64,000 nt of DNA, taken from contig JAQFVV010000007.1 of NCBI GenBank assembly GCA_028023455.1, positions 8,990,001 to 9,054,000 of the forward strand, read 5' to 3'. The notes under the pieces are model-generated. The model was not told where the DNA came from. It searched no databases and worked only from the letters and a program-made list of their open reading frames with translations. This document shows positions 1 to 12,830 of the stretch, in pieces. Position 1 is the first letter of the stretch, and every line of letters begins with the position of its first letter. The DNA is from Epiperipatus broadwayi (taxonomy: Eukaryota > Animalia > Onychophora). The translations under genes were made by a program, and so were the position numbers.

Positions 1-2939
1 TGTTTCATTAGCACACATCATTATGATTTATTTTATTAAACAGACTGGGAAATGAAATATAAGGAATTGTGGGGTTAGCATATATGTCAGTGAAAGAGAA
101 TATGGCAACTTTGGCTGAGAAAACTTCATCATTTTTCTATTTTAATATGGTATGCCTGCTTCAGGCAGAGCAATACCTAAATGGAGAGGTAGGTAGAAAG
201 TTGCTATGTTCCAGTATATGATAATCCATACAAAGCTTCAACTACACTAACTTGCTTGTTCCAGGGCATAGACAGCCCTGTTTTGAATGAGAACAATAAA
301 AGATGGGAAGTTTTGTAACCCTCCAGAGTGAGGTGAGGATGGATATGAGCAGTACAATAACACATAGAATTTGGGAAAAGAATGACAAACAAGGAAGATC
401 ATGATCCTCCAGAATGAAGTATGGATGGACCAGATCAGAGCACTATGTGACATTAATAATTCTGACATATGCCAGCAATGTGACTATCAGGACATAAAAT
501 CATTTGATTTAAAAACTAAAATAATGACCCATATATGATAGTCATTAATAAGTAATTAAAACTATAATTAATAAAGCATGCATTTCTCCCCCTTCTTAAA
601 TCAATCCTATTTTGTTTAACATATACAAATTCATGCACTTAAGAGTGTGTCTAACAAAATAGAATGGGTCACCAGCCTTTTGGTGATGATTATCAAAATA
701 AAGAAATCAATAAAATTAATGGACACCAAGATTCACCCAGATTGGAAAAGTATTTATACATCTTGTATAAATTTACAATAAAATATTTTAAGGCATATAT
801 TCATTAAAAAGATAAGCTCAATCTTACTAGCTATTTAGAAATGAATAACATGAAGTAATTTATTACTTGCCCCCTCTCTATTCCACAGTGGGATATAGAT
901 GAAGCTTGTAAGACTGGGTTTGATTAACATTTACAGATAGAAATTAAATGAAAAATATAAAAATATCATCAATAATAAATTATAACCACACTAATTTATA
1001 GGAATAATAAGAAGTGTGATTGGATGAAAGATTATTCATTAGGGTTAGTTTAGTTTGCAGAGAATCGATAAACAGAAATTAAGAAGTTAGTTTAACATAC
1101 TCGCCAGTTAAAGAGTTGAAAGAGATTCAACATAAGAAAAATATTAATTTTAAGATTCAGAAGTTATAATTTAGGTGAGGCGATTACAATGACTTTGGGC
1201 TTGTTACCTCATGATCCTCCAGAATGATAGAACATACGAATCTTATGTGGAGGTGGCATTCTTTGACTTTCAGGGCAGGCAGATTATAATTAAGTTGAAG
1301 GTATTTTTCTTGGCCTCGGAGGTTCTCTAATGGCATGGGCACTCTTGACTGAAAGGAGCTATACCCTGCATGGTGAAGAAACAGGCTGAAGATTGAGGGA
1401 AAGGTGGCTTGGGTCCCTCTACTCAAAAACCATTTCAAAAAATCAAAGAATGTGCAGTAGGTTAGCAACAGTAGACCAAACTCTCTAACACAATAAATTT
1501 TCAGCACTATTTATACAACTTTTAAATTATTTAAAGAATGCTTTTAGTTAAAATTCCTAACTCAAAGGGAATCCTTAATCTACAGAAATATTTTCTCTGT
1601 TGTTATTGGAGATGCAATCACTCGATAACTGTCCAAAAATAAATTCAAATCAATTTCCAGATTGGAAATAGATTTGACAAAAATGTTTGTACCTAAATTA
1701 AAATCCATTAGCTTTGTTTTAATTTTACTTTCATTAAAACTTTGATTAAAATTAATTCTAAAACCCTGAAACAATCTGATGTTTCCACCCTTTTAATTAC
1801 TTTTGGATAATTAACGATTGCATCTTTCATCTTGAATTTTTATGTAATTATATAAAGAAAATAATTAAAAAGTGGTAGAGTAGTGAAGCTCAATTCTTGA
1901 GCTAAGATTGACTGCTTCAATATATTACATAAAATAGACATATGAAACATTCTTAATTACAATTTTAATTAAGTAGTCTGTTAGCAATAATAGTTTAGTT
2001 CATCTGACTTTTTAGTTCATTAAAAGTTTATATTACTAGTTCAGATAAACATTAAAGTTAGGTATAGAGCTCTCATTAATCATATCTATTATTTCTTTGA
2101 CTGGATTAAATGATTAGCATAATAGGTGCTGACCATGGCCATGAGTTTCTTATTTCTACTCTCTATCGGCCCATTAAGTCTGGTTGAAGTGTTATTTTCT
2201 TATTAGCTTGCTAGGTCCTGCTATTATATAGGCACGGTGTTTGAATGAAGGCATTCTCTCAACTTAAAGCTAGGAAGAAGACATCAGCAACTGTATCTGT
2301 TTTGCAGTGCATCTGGTTTCAATTATAGTCACAGGTAAAAGAAAACACATGGCAAAATGTTATTCTACAGCTTTCTGGATCTTTCTGTCCGATATGCCAC
2401 TCAATAAAAATACAGCACTCTAATTTACAGAATTCACAAACAATATTAATGAAGCAAAGAAGGAATGAATCAAAGTTATCAGTGTCACCTTTTTATACCA
2501 ATGGTCTGATTCCAAAGTGCAAATACCTATTCATACTTTTCTTTATCTCTTCAGGAATTTCATTTCCCTGCAAAGCTTATTTTTATTATAATTAATTTAT
2601 AATATTAATCATAACTTACATACAACACATGGCTTTCTATTATCTTTAAGATAGCATTCACTTTTGATTTTTGGATTAACATAATTTCATCAACTAAAAT
2701 AAATGAATACTTTACAAATATTTAAACAAAATTTGACTTTATACAATCTCTAACTTTTTATCTTTTTTCATTTACAAAGTTCATCTTCACAATCAACATT
2801 TTTTCTTATCTTAAAAAAAAGCATACATGTACATTCACATTGATTATCAGGGTAGTTACGATAGAGATAATAAATCTTATTTATTAAATAAAAAATATTT
2901 TATAAAATATACTTCTCTCTCAGCAATCTTCTTTCATGG

Positions 2940-3250
2940 TCGAATGTCAGACACCCCTTGTTCCAAAAATAATGTTGCAATATATATTGTACTGGATAGC
3001 AGGCATCCTAATATCCATCACCAGAGAGCCTCAGTAAATCTCTAACCTCAAAGAAATTAGAATCAATAGGTAAGGGTACCAGGTATAAATGCCTAACACA
3101 ACTATCATCACCCAGACATCTAAAATCATGTCTAAATTGTGGAGAGCAGAGATTCTTGGAAAATATCAATTAGCAAAGGAGACAACAGCAAACAAAAAAA
3201 CAGCAAATTTAATAATCAACAAATGTTTACAAACAATCTAATACAGCATA
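2940..3250 (+). mobile_element. Decayed Penelope-like element GIY-YIG endonuclease remnant
   Basis: Stop-interrupted translation KNNVAIYIV..HPNIHHQ..SVNL ... KIVESRD.WKISI..NSKFNNQ resembles the PLE NVVY.I.C..C..YIG ... KILE..R.IKE..N pattern; read by eye. Confidence 0.35.
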
Positions 3251-6200
3251 GTATACAGTTCAATGTTAGGGTTTTAATACCTCAGAGTTTAAATATGACA
3301 GAGTTTGAATATATGAGTTCAAAACAATAATTGAAATATATCCAGATCTGAATACAATAGTTTAACTAAATGAATTTGAATGGCAATAAACACTTTTCAT
3401 ATGAACATAATGTATTTGATATCTGGTGGTTTAAATATTACACTTCCCCAAGAAATTTACTTATAATACTATTAGATCGTCTTTAAAGTTTAATAATTAT
3501 TCTATGATTTACCAAAAAGATGTATACACATATACATTTAATTTTTGCATTAAACAATCAATAATAAAACTGTTTTAATCCACTATACATGTTTATAAAT
3601 ACTAGTCATCAAAAAACGAAATGAATACACTATGCATTTGATCTATCCACTAAAAACGTATCGAATGACACTAAATAGGCCTCTTAAATCACCCATATTA
3701 TAAAGCAAAATATATTGTGCCGATTACATACGGTTGTAGTCACACATGTATGTATTTATTATTAATAATAAAAAAAGGGAAATTAGTTAAAGGGTAAAAG
3801 TGAAACAAACAAAGAAATTAAAAGAATTAAGTCATTGATATTTTTCAAAAAAAAAGGGGGAGGGGGACATATATAAAACTCGTGAAAGGGTTAATAATTA
3901 GTTGAGAATTAGTTAAAAGGCTGTAAAGACTTTTATTTCTAAATATATATATTAAAAAAAGGTAATAATGAATAAAGGTGAAAAACAAAACAAAAAAAAA
4001 TGAAAAAAGAAGGGGAAGGAGGTATATAACAAAATACATCTCTTTTTCTCTTTAAAATCACTTATTTGAAAGAAAAAAAAGGTAAATAAAAGATATTAGA
4101 AACTAATAAGCAAATAAAAAGATATTAGAAAGTTATGATATTTAACACATTGTAAAAAGTAAGTTTAAATGTAAATTTTATTAAAACGTTAAACTTGTAC
4201 AAAATTTGCATCATAGATCTGTAAAAGATAAAAATAAATGTGTGAAAGGACATATTGTTAATTAGTGGCATTCTAGTAAACAATAGCCAGCAAATCTATA
4301 AATAAGGCAGATCGAGATTATTAATTAGTTGATTATTGGATTTTCTGTTATCAGATTTGTCTAAAGAACTAAAACATAAGACTAGCATTTCTGAGCAATA
4401 TTAGCGGGTGTATGTCAGTTAATATGCGTAGCTAGTGGCCCTAAATGGGCGTTTGCTCGGTCTGTACCCATCTGAATTCTAACTCACCCATGAAAGAACA
4501 TTTGCTGTCTTGCCTGCTAAATAGATTGCCGTTATTAACGGTGCTATGCCTGAAGAAAGAAAGAAAGAAAATGCTGCTAAGAAACCTAAAGTAAGAAAGA
4601 AGGAGACTAAACCAACTGCAACAGACCACACCAAGAATAATCCAGCCAGCCTGGGGTGTCTAGTGAAGAATCAATCGTCTCTCCAAAAGAAGTGTGCTTC
4701 CCACAGGATGGTCTATATATAGAGTGCTGGATGTCTAATAACCTAAGTAAACATTTTTCTATCAAACATGCATGTATTGATTTATTTTATATCAAAAAGA
4801 AACAGACTAGTTTAAAGTTGCACAATATTTAGTTTAAAAAAAAAAAAAGAGAAACCAAAAAAAAAAGGGAAGAACTATTACTAGAAAAGTTATTTTGTTA
4901 GATAAAGGAACAATTACTTTACGCTGGACTTTTGCTAATTAGCTATTTTGCAATATAATTATATTATTTCAATGCTTAAAGATTTGTTTGTTATTTTAGA
5001 TATTTAAATTCATTATGTCATTTAACTTGATAATTTTTTTTTAATTAAACATTATTACTGCTAAAAAATAGTTGTCTTGCTTAATTCTTTTTTCACCAAG
5101 GGAATGAATAATAATAGCAAATTAAATCTAGGTTATTAAAACTTATGTGGTTAACTTTAGATTTAAATAAAATAAGGTACAAATAAATAAATGTTTTTTT
5201 TTATTCTAAAGAGAAGAAAAGTGGAATAAACAAATGAGGGGGGGGGGTATATACTTATATATTCTTTTGCTTCTGTTATCGTGATAATCTCCAAAAAAAA
5301 TTTATAAATATTTCAAGTGCTGGATGCCTAATAAAGCATTCCTTATGAATACTTTTGTCCAGCAACCGAGGGGCGTCTAATTGGGAAATATAACGGAATA
5401 ATATGTGTGTATTTTTTCAGTATTCGATCAGGATTATAGACTTAAAAGCTAATTAGGTTTGTATTTGCTTCTTGCTTGGGGTAACAGTAAATATAGTCAA
5501 CCTCACTTCAAATGCTAAAACTGTTCAAATGTATAAAACTGTTACAATATATATAATCATTGAGAAAAGTGTCTATATCTGACACAAACACAATCATCTA
5601 TGAGTACCTCAATCATGAATAACAAACACAATCAGTTATGAGTATCTTGATCAAGAATAATAATGTAGATCACAGAGAGAAAAACATATAATAACAAATT
5701 CATATAATGGATAAGGATTTCTATAAACAATCCACACATATATGTATATCAATTCTTTTAATTTCAGATGTGTGTGATGCAAGCAAAGTAAACAAACAAA
5801 ACTGCTAATAATTTTATTTAGTTTATCAAACAATGAAGCCAACATACATATTACTGATTTTGGAAATTTTTCAGAGATACAATTAATTATTAAATATAAA
5901 CTATAAAATATTAAAAAAAGAAAATCTTCTATCACTTTTTAAAACGTTGTTTTTTTGTTATTGTTGTTGAAGACTTTTCATTAAAAGCAACATGGATCAT
6001 AATTAAACAATCATAGAAATGATTTTCTTTTAAAAAAAAAAAAAAATTATGAAGGGAAAAAAATTAAAATTTTAAAAGCAAACTAGTTTATGTTGTCTAA
6101 ACTAAAGCTACAATACTATATCAAATACCCTAAGTTATATATGATATTACAACATATAAACATTAAGAAAAAAGTTTATATAACAGATAGGTGCATAAAT

Positions 6201-9200
6201 ATAAAATTACATCATTTAAATTATAACTATCACTAGCTTATTGGTAATGTTCTATAAAATAGTTCATAAATAAAAGTTTACCTTAAGGCTCATGTAAAAA
6301 ATGGTGGAGATATTATTTTCCAGGAAAATTAAATTTTATATAGATATGTGTACACGCACAAATGAAAGCTCCTGTAATAGTCTCATTTACTGATTTTGCA
6401 TTTTATAGAGTTTGTTCTGAAATTTTTATTTAATACTGAGAAGTGCATTTGTTGAACTGAAAATATAAAGACAGTAGTTTGCATGTTGTTGATTCAAACT
6501 TAACAAGCAATATTGAACATCCAATGACTATAGGCTACATACTAAAGAAATGAAGTTTATTTCCAGGTGCTTTAGTTGCTCATCACTTACTTGATCACTA
6601 GTAAAGGTTCAGGATATATCATTCTAAGCAGATAATAGCAGCCAGTGATCATAAGACAAAGGAGTCTCAATAACAAATATAAGGAGAATGAATCCTATAA
6701 TTCTGAGCTTGTCTTTTTATATCATTAATTTTTTTGATTAACAAGCCCACTTGTTTACCAAATTTTTAATTAACAACCCCATTCACTTATCAATAATTTT
6801 CTAATTAAAAAAATCAGTGGTTACGTATTTACACTTTTCTCAGTAATTAGACAAGCCTGAACTTATCTTTATTTATTCAATTTACTAAAAATTCCTGAAT
6901 TAATTAAACTAGTAATTATTTACATTCAATCGATTTACCAAATATTTTTTTTAATTAGATAAATCTGTATGTTTACAGATAACACTTAAAATATTAACTG
7001 ACAGTCAACAATTTCAAAACCAAAAACAAGGCTTAATTTAAAAAATTGATTTTCTAAGAGTTTTAATTGATAAAAAGTACTAAATAATTGGAAAAAGTTT
7101 TATAGATTATTATTAAGTGTTGTTCCTGTAATATAAATTCTAAGTAGATTTATTTGAAATAATTTGTTTTCTTTTTTTACAAACTAAAATAAAATTGACT
7201 AAACTTAATTATGAATGCTGATCTATATCAATGTGTATGTATATAATATAAACATATTTTTTAAAAAAACTTAATGAGATGAAATTTGCCTTATACTTTG
7301 TCAACCATGAAATGTTTAAAATAAATTAGATATTGAGCTAGATAAATAACTTTCTCAATATACTTGAGTTATTTACTTTTTCATACCTAAATGTCAACTA
7401 TAATAATGACATTATCAGTAAACATCTCTATGACTCATAAACTAATATGTCCATTAATCTTTCTCATATTATTAAGTGTTTGCTTGAGAAAAAGCATCGT
7501 TGTTTAGCAGTTTTAGAATACTGTATTAATGGCCTCCAGTTGTTCTCATAATGTACATTTTCCCATAATGCTTTTATTGATTGTTTTTAAGTGAAAAATA
7601 ATTCTGAAGTTCTCAGCATCTTACAGATTGCAGATAACAACTAAGTCTTTACTCCATCATTCCACAACAGAAAAAAAATGTACAGAGAGGGTGTTTGTTT
7701 GCTTTTGGTCTAGTCATAAGGCAAAAAGTTTGGAATAAATGAAATATGGTTTTTTGCTTGTTTATAAAATATTTTTGATTATTTTTACATACTAATTGGT
7801 TATTTTATTTAAAACAAAAAGAAATACGCATAATTTATTCATTTAGCTTTTATTTTTGGAAATAGAAGTTAATGAACTTAATTTTAATATACACTTAGAA
7901 AACTACAGCATCTATTAGATCATTATCAGTCAGAATTAGCACAGTGTTAAAATATTTTCAAATATTGTAATTATTATAAAGCAAATAGCAGATTTTAAAC
8001 CAAAATTTGATAGATTTATCAGAAATCTACTTTCATTCATTCACTTTTTAAAAAAAATAATTCATTGTTTTTCTGAAATATTGTTTACACATCAGTTTTT
8101 ATATATTTAGAAAGGTCAAATATGATTTTTTTAGAATTATATAAGTTTATAAAATTAAATTTAAAAGAAATTAAGTTGAATTTATTGAGTTTTAGTATAA
8201 AATAAAAATGTAATATAGATGCATAAGGTTGCACATTTTCAAAAACTTTAGGTGGAACTAAAGAAAATGTCACATTTTATAAGGGTTAAGTATTAGAAAT
8301 CTTGATATAAAACATATTTTAAATAATGTTTTTCTTTCAATATTAATTTCTGTTATCTTCAACATTATCATAAGTTATCTAGAATATAAATTATGAATAT
8401 ATAAAACAGAAAAACAAAAAGTACTATCGATGATGAAATATAACAACTACTAGGAGTAATCTTTACCCTAAGAATTGATTAATGATAAGTATTAATGTAT
8501 TTATCTAAAATTCTGTCAAATGTTAGAGTGCACAAAGTTTGACACTTGTAGATCAACTTGTAGTAAAGACAATAGTTTGAAGTTTATAACTGAATTAGAA
8601 ATATGATAATCTTTAGCTTAATAAATAATTAGGAATAATCATATCTAAAGTGGGTGGTAACAAAATTGTGAGTGCAGAAAATTTGACAATTGTAAATCAA
8701 ATTGTAACAAATTTGATATAAATAAATATTGAACAAGAACTGAAGACATGTATAACATTGAGATTTAAGTCAACTGAAAAGTTCTGGTTCAGCATAAAAT
8801 GTATATTGGGGTCATTTATCTTTAGTAGATGGTTTTTTCATATGTTTCAATATGTGATAAAGTAAACACTTGATATCTATAAAAAATATAATGCATTAAA
8901 AAGATATAAAGCTTCATTAATTATTCTATTGATTTAATTTAAAAAACATTAATTTTTAAAGAAAGTTTAAAGTTCCCTATATATGTAATATAAACAAAGG
9001 GAGTAAATCACCCTCCCTCAGGCTATTAATTAGCAGCACAGTTGGAGCTCTGATGTTTATAAGCATATTTATCAACAGAAATTCAGAGATTAAATTCCAG
9101 ATGGAATCATATTAGTTCAGAGGTTTTTTTTTTTAGAAATAAATAACATACAAGCTTTTCACCTATATCCTAAAATAAGTATATAAAAGAGAAAGAAGTA

Positions 9201-9225
9201 AATAATATGAGCAAAAGTATTGATT

Positions 9226-9337
9226 GTTTTTTTTCCAAGTGTCATAGCATTGGCCGGGACACGAACCCGCAGAACCCGCAACCCAGGCAACTGCTTGTAA
9301 GGAAGTCACGCTGACCTCTCGACCACCAATGCAAGAC
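9226..9337 (-). mobile_element. Short tRNA-derived SINE with poly(A) tail and 11-bp TSD
   Basis: Minus strand GCATTGG...CCAATGC perfect 7-bp acceptor stem (9247-9332), T-loop GGGTTCGTGTCCC, A8 tail; TSD AAGTATTGATT at 9215-9225 and 9338-9348. Confidence 0.8.
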
Positions 9338-10203
9338 AAGTATTGATTTTTTTTTTTTAAATAAAAAGTCGCAAACAGTGTATTGTCATACATGAGTTAG
9401 AAATGGTACAATAATCTCTAACTTAATAAATGATTAGTAATATTTATTAAATCACCATCATTAATGTCTTTCTCTAAAATGTATGGCGTCAAAGTTGTGA
9501 GAACAGAAAGTTTGATTCTTGTAAATCAAATTATAATAAATCCTTTTAAACTTCTAAGCCGGCCGTAGGTAAAAAAAATCTCTATTGTTAACATGTATAA
9601 TAATAAATTGAGTTTTAAACTTCATTCAGATTTATAAGATGGCGAACCAATACAAAGTAATAAATATTAAAATTATGGCTGATTGGATTTTTAACATTAA
9701 AGAACTGAATTCAATCAAATTTTATTTTTAAAAGTAAATAAAGTTAGAGTGAAAAAAGTTAAATGACAGCAATTTTTTTTTTTTTTAAGCAAAACTTTTT
9801 CAATCTCAAAAGAAATTATTAAAATAGATTTATTTTAATAATAATAAACATTAAATGCAGAAATGATCAAATACTTGAAAGCTAAATAAATCTTAAATTT
9901 CTCTAAAATATAAATATCAGATAAGTGTCATTTTTCAACTCAAATGATTTTTTTCTTTTTTAAAAAAAAAGGCTATTAGTTAACGAATGTGAACTATTGA
10001 TAGTATTAAAAAAAACACATTTTAATCAAAAATATTTAATATTACTTACATTTATATAATAAATGATTATCTCAAAATATTTCAAATATAAACTAAATAT
10101 ATGAATATAATTTTCATTATAAAGCTTCATAATAATGTGCACATTAGTTCGAATTCAGATCAGATACAATTTGAAATTTTTTTCAGATTTGAAACAGCAT
10201 AGA

Positions 10204-10445
10204 ATTTTTTTTTTCAGATGTCCAATCCACACCCAATTTTACTAACCATCTATTATTGGTCAGTAAGTGGATATCTAGTTATTCTTAGATAATAAGTAAA
10301 TCTTAGATATAATGCTGCAGAAATAGATTTTTTCTTTTCAAATGGCCAATCCACACTCAACTTCACTAACCATCTATTATTGGTCAGTAAGTGGATATCT
10401 AGTTATTCTTAGATGATAAATAAAACATGGATATAATCCTGCACA
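10204..10445. repeat. Direct tandem duplication, ~124-bp unit x2
   Basis: ccaatccacac at 10222 and 10346; long shared block actaaccatctattattggtcagtaagtggatatctagttattcttagat. Confidence 0.85.
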
Positions 10446-11169
10446 AACTCCCACTATTTAACACTCATAGGCCTGATAGGTACTGTCTTCTCCATTGTGT
10501 TTCAAAAAAGGAATTTAATGTCTATTTTACACATCTGTATAAGTTTTTTTTAAATCTAATTTAAACTATTAAAAATTACTATATAGGCATGGAATCATAG
10601 TATACAAAAGTTTGTATCAAGGAATCTATATAGCTAGAAAAGTTTTTTTTTTTTTACAAACTATGATATGCTTAAGCTATGAATAGCAAATTATATTCAT
10701 ACAAACTCAAAATCAGTTATGTCACCACAAAATTCAACAGACTGTATTCTGAGTTCAAGCCCAATTTGCAAAATTGTGTTGATGAATGTGTTGCAAAGCT
10801 TAAGATAATCTGATATATATATAAAACATACATTGGACTTCAATCAACTGATGAAAATACGATAATTTTTATTACTATCCTTTACAGTGAGGTTTCCCTA
10901 TTTTCATCTATAATCCCCACAGAAGAAGATCAAAGGAGAAACATCTATCTCACTTGTAAGATAATAAAAAGCATCCATATAAAATCCAGCAATTATAAAA
11001 ATTAAGTAGAAAAGAATGGTGAGCAAAAGCAAACTGCCAATGATGATGATAGTCTTATCATGTGGTCTTCATAATCTCATTCACCTTGAACATTTAACAC
11101 ACATTGCTAGGCTGGATTATATTTAAATCATATAGATGTTTCACCAATTTAAACAGTGATACTTTTTAG

Positions 11170-11800
11170 CAGAATAATGGAAAAGGTGGCATTTTAATGT
11201 TGAGAAGACAAAATTCTTAAGGATAGGAAGGAATACAAAAAGAATTCAATTTGATATTCATGATAATACAGTTAACAGGTGAATGAATTTAGATAGTTGG
11301 TTGAGTGAGAATGAAAAAAATGAATATGTAGTTAAAAGAAGAATAGCATAGGCAAAGGAGCCATTTATTAAAGAAAGAAAAATATTTTTTGGAATTTTCA
11401 AGAGAATTAAGAAAGGATTAATTGTTATGTGTGAAGTATATTATGGTATAGTTGTGAAATGTATACAATGAATAAAAAAAAATCAGAGATCTTTGAAAGG
11501 TGGTCATGGAGAAGAATGGAGGAAATTAGATTAATAAAATGACAAATGAAAAATTTTTGAAATAAATAAATGAAAAAAGAAGTGAAACTGGAATGGAAAT
11601 ACACTAAAAAGAAAAAAATAGTTTAATGAAAGATGTTTTGGAGAAAATGATGAATGGGTTCAAAGAGAGAGGGTAGAAAAGATTAATCTTGCTGTATAAT
11701 ATAAGAGATGGTAAGACATATGTGGAATTGAAGATCTGGGCAAATGAACAGAACATAATTGAGAAATGGATAAATTAATTATATGACTGCTCTCTGGATG
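11170..11800 (+). mobile_element. RTE-clade LINE, decayed RT C-terminal/3' fragment
   Basis: Frameshifted translation NVEKTK.LRIG...KRRIA.AKE.F...YSCE.YTM...FERW.WRRM matches the RTE RT thumb/C-terminus. Confidence 0.7.
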
Positions 11801-12015
11801 TATCCAAACAACAGAACACTAACATGCCACAAACATAGCATTTTCCTTAAATAAATGCATAAGTTGAAACAAGATATTTGAATATAAATGCTAAAAAAAA
11901 TGTTTATAATTTTTTTCTTTCAAGTTTGAATAAAAAGAAAAATTATAAATATATGATTTATTAATGAATTATGAAGATGGTGATGATGATGATAGTAGCA
12001 GTAGCAGTAAAAAGG

Positions 12016-12830
12016 CACAGAGGCAAAACTCTCCATACAGTAGCACCACTCAATGCAAGTCAGAGCAATCAATGGACACAGAAAGATTTTGTGCATAAAA
12101 TCTCTAGTACATACTCATCCAGAATCCCCAGACTAGTTTCTAGCTTGTGGTTTACATCCGTGAGAAGTCTTGGACCTGAGAGCACTGCACCAAGATCTTC
12201 AGATCTAATGCAACCCTCCAGCAGCCACCTTTTATCTCTACTTATCTACAAAACTATGAGTCTAAAATTGAACACAGAATATTTTCAATTCAAGTTCATT
12301 AGCTTGTATAGTCATATAGATCTGAACTCAATTCAGCATCCATATTTTTTGATGTCTTTCATTTTTTAATAACCACAGTCACCATAATTCTATTGGGCAG
12401 GATTGGTATTAAACCATTAAGCATCATGTTATCAAAATTCTTTATGCTTACATAAGCTGTTTACACAGAGGAAAACTCCCCATACAGTAGCTGCATACAT
12501 TGATACTCTAGCTTGCACTGAGTGGTGCTACTCTTCAGAGAATTTTGCCTCTGTGTAAACAGCTTGTAAAAGCATAAATAATGGTGATAATATGATGTTT
12601 AGTAGTAGTAAAAATAGTCTATTGCTTAGGAATTCATAAAAAAATTTGAGCACTAAAAATAGCAGAACTGGAGATGTAATCCACGCATTTTGAGCTCTAG
12701 AGTCATTCATTCTAGCATTCCAGTGACTTAAATTCCATTGTATAGTAGATAAAAGCAATGACTGAGTTGTTCTCATTCTAATGATGAGAAACCAGTGATG
12801 TCTAGGAAAATTAAATCCAGTTGGGTTTAC
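12016..12830. mobile_element. Retrozyme-like family A: ~448-bp tandem unit (minus) plus inverted copy (plus)
   Basis: cacagagg(c)aaaactc at 12016 and 12464; inversion near 12510; homologous to 36157-36949 and 38295-38560. Confidence 0.75.
12124..12166 (-). ncRNA. Type I hammerhead ribozyme, family A (core mutated)
   Basis: rc: ttctca CGGATGT aaac cacaa gcta GAAA ctag TC tgggg; stem I tctca/tgggg; palindromic stem III CUAG. Confidence 0.65.

Noticed and set aside
6591-6623. 33-nt minus-strand exon (MIYPEPLLVI) for the MDAI gene
   Set aside because: Joining it to the phase-1 first exon creates TAA; no recognisable protein.
9247-9332. Functional tRNA gene
   Set aside because: Mismatched anticodon and T stems, discordant identity elements, poly(A) tail plus TSD, and diverged paralogues indicate a SINE.
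9480-9710. Second promoter (AAGATGGCG, CCAAT boxes, gtaaaa donor)
   Set aside because: Motifs are short, the ATG frames close quickly and no exon partner was found; it could equally be a transposon end.
11971-12369. 132-aa ORF from the ORF track as a gene
   Set aside because: It starts in an (ATG)n/(GTAGCA)n microsatellite and runs antisense through the family A repeat; no protein motif.
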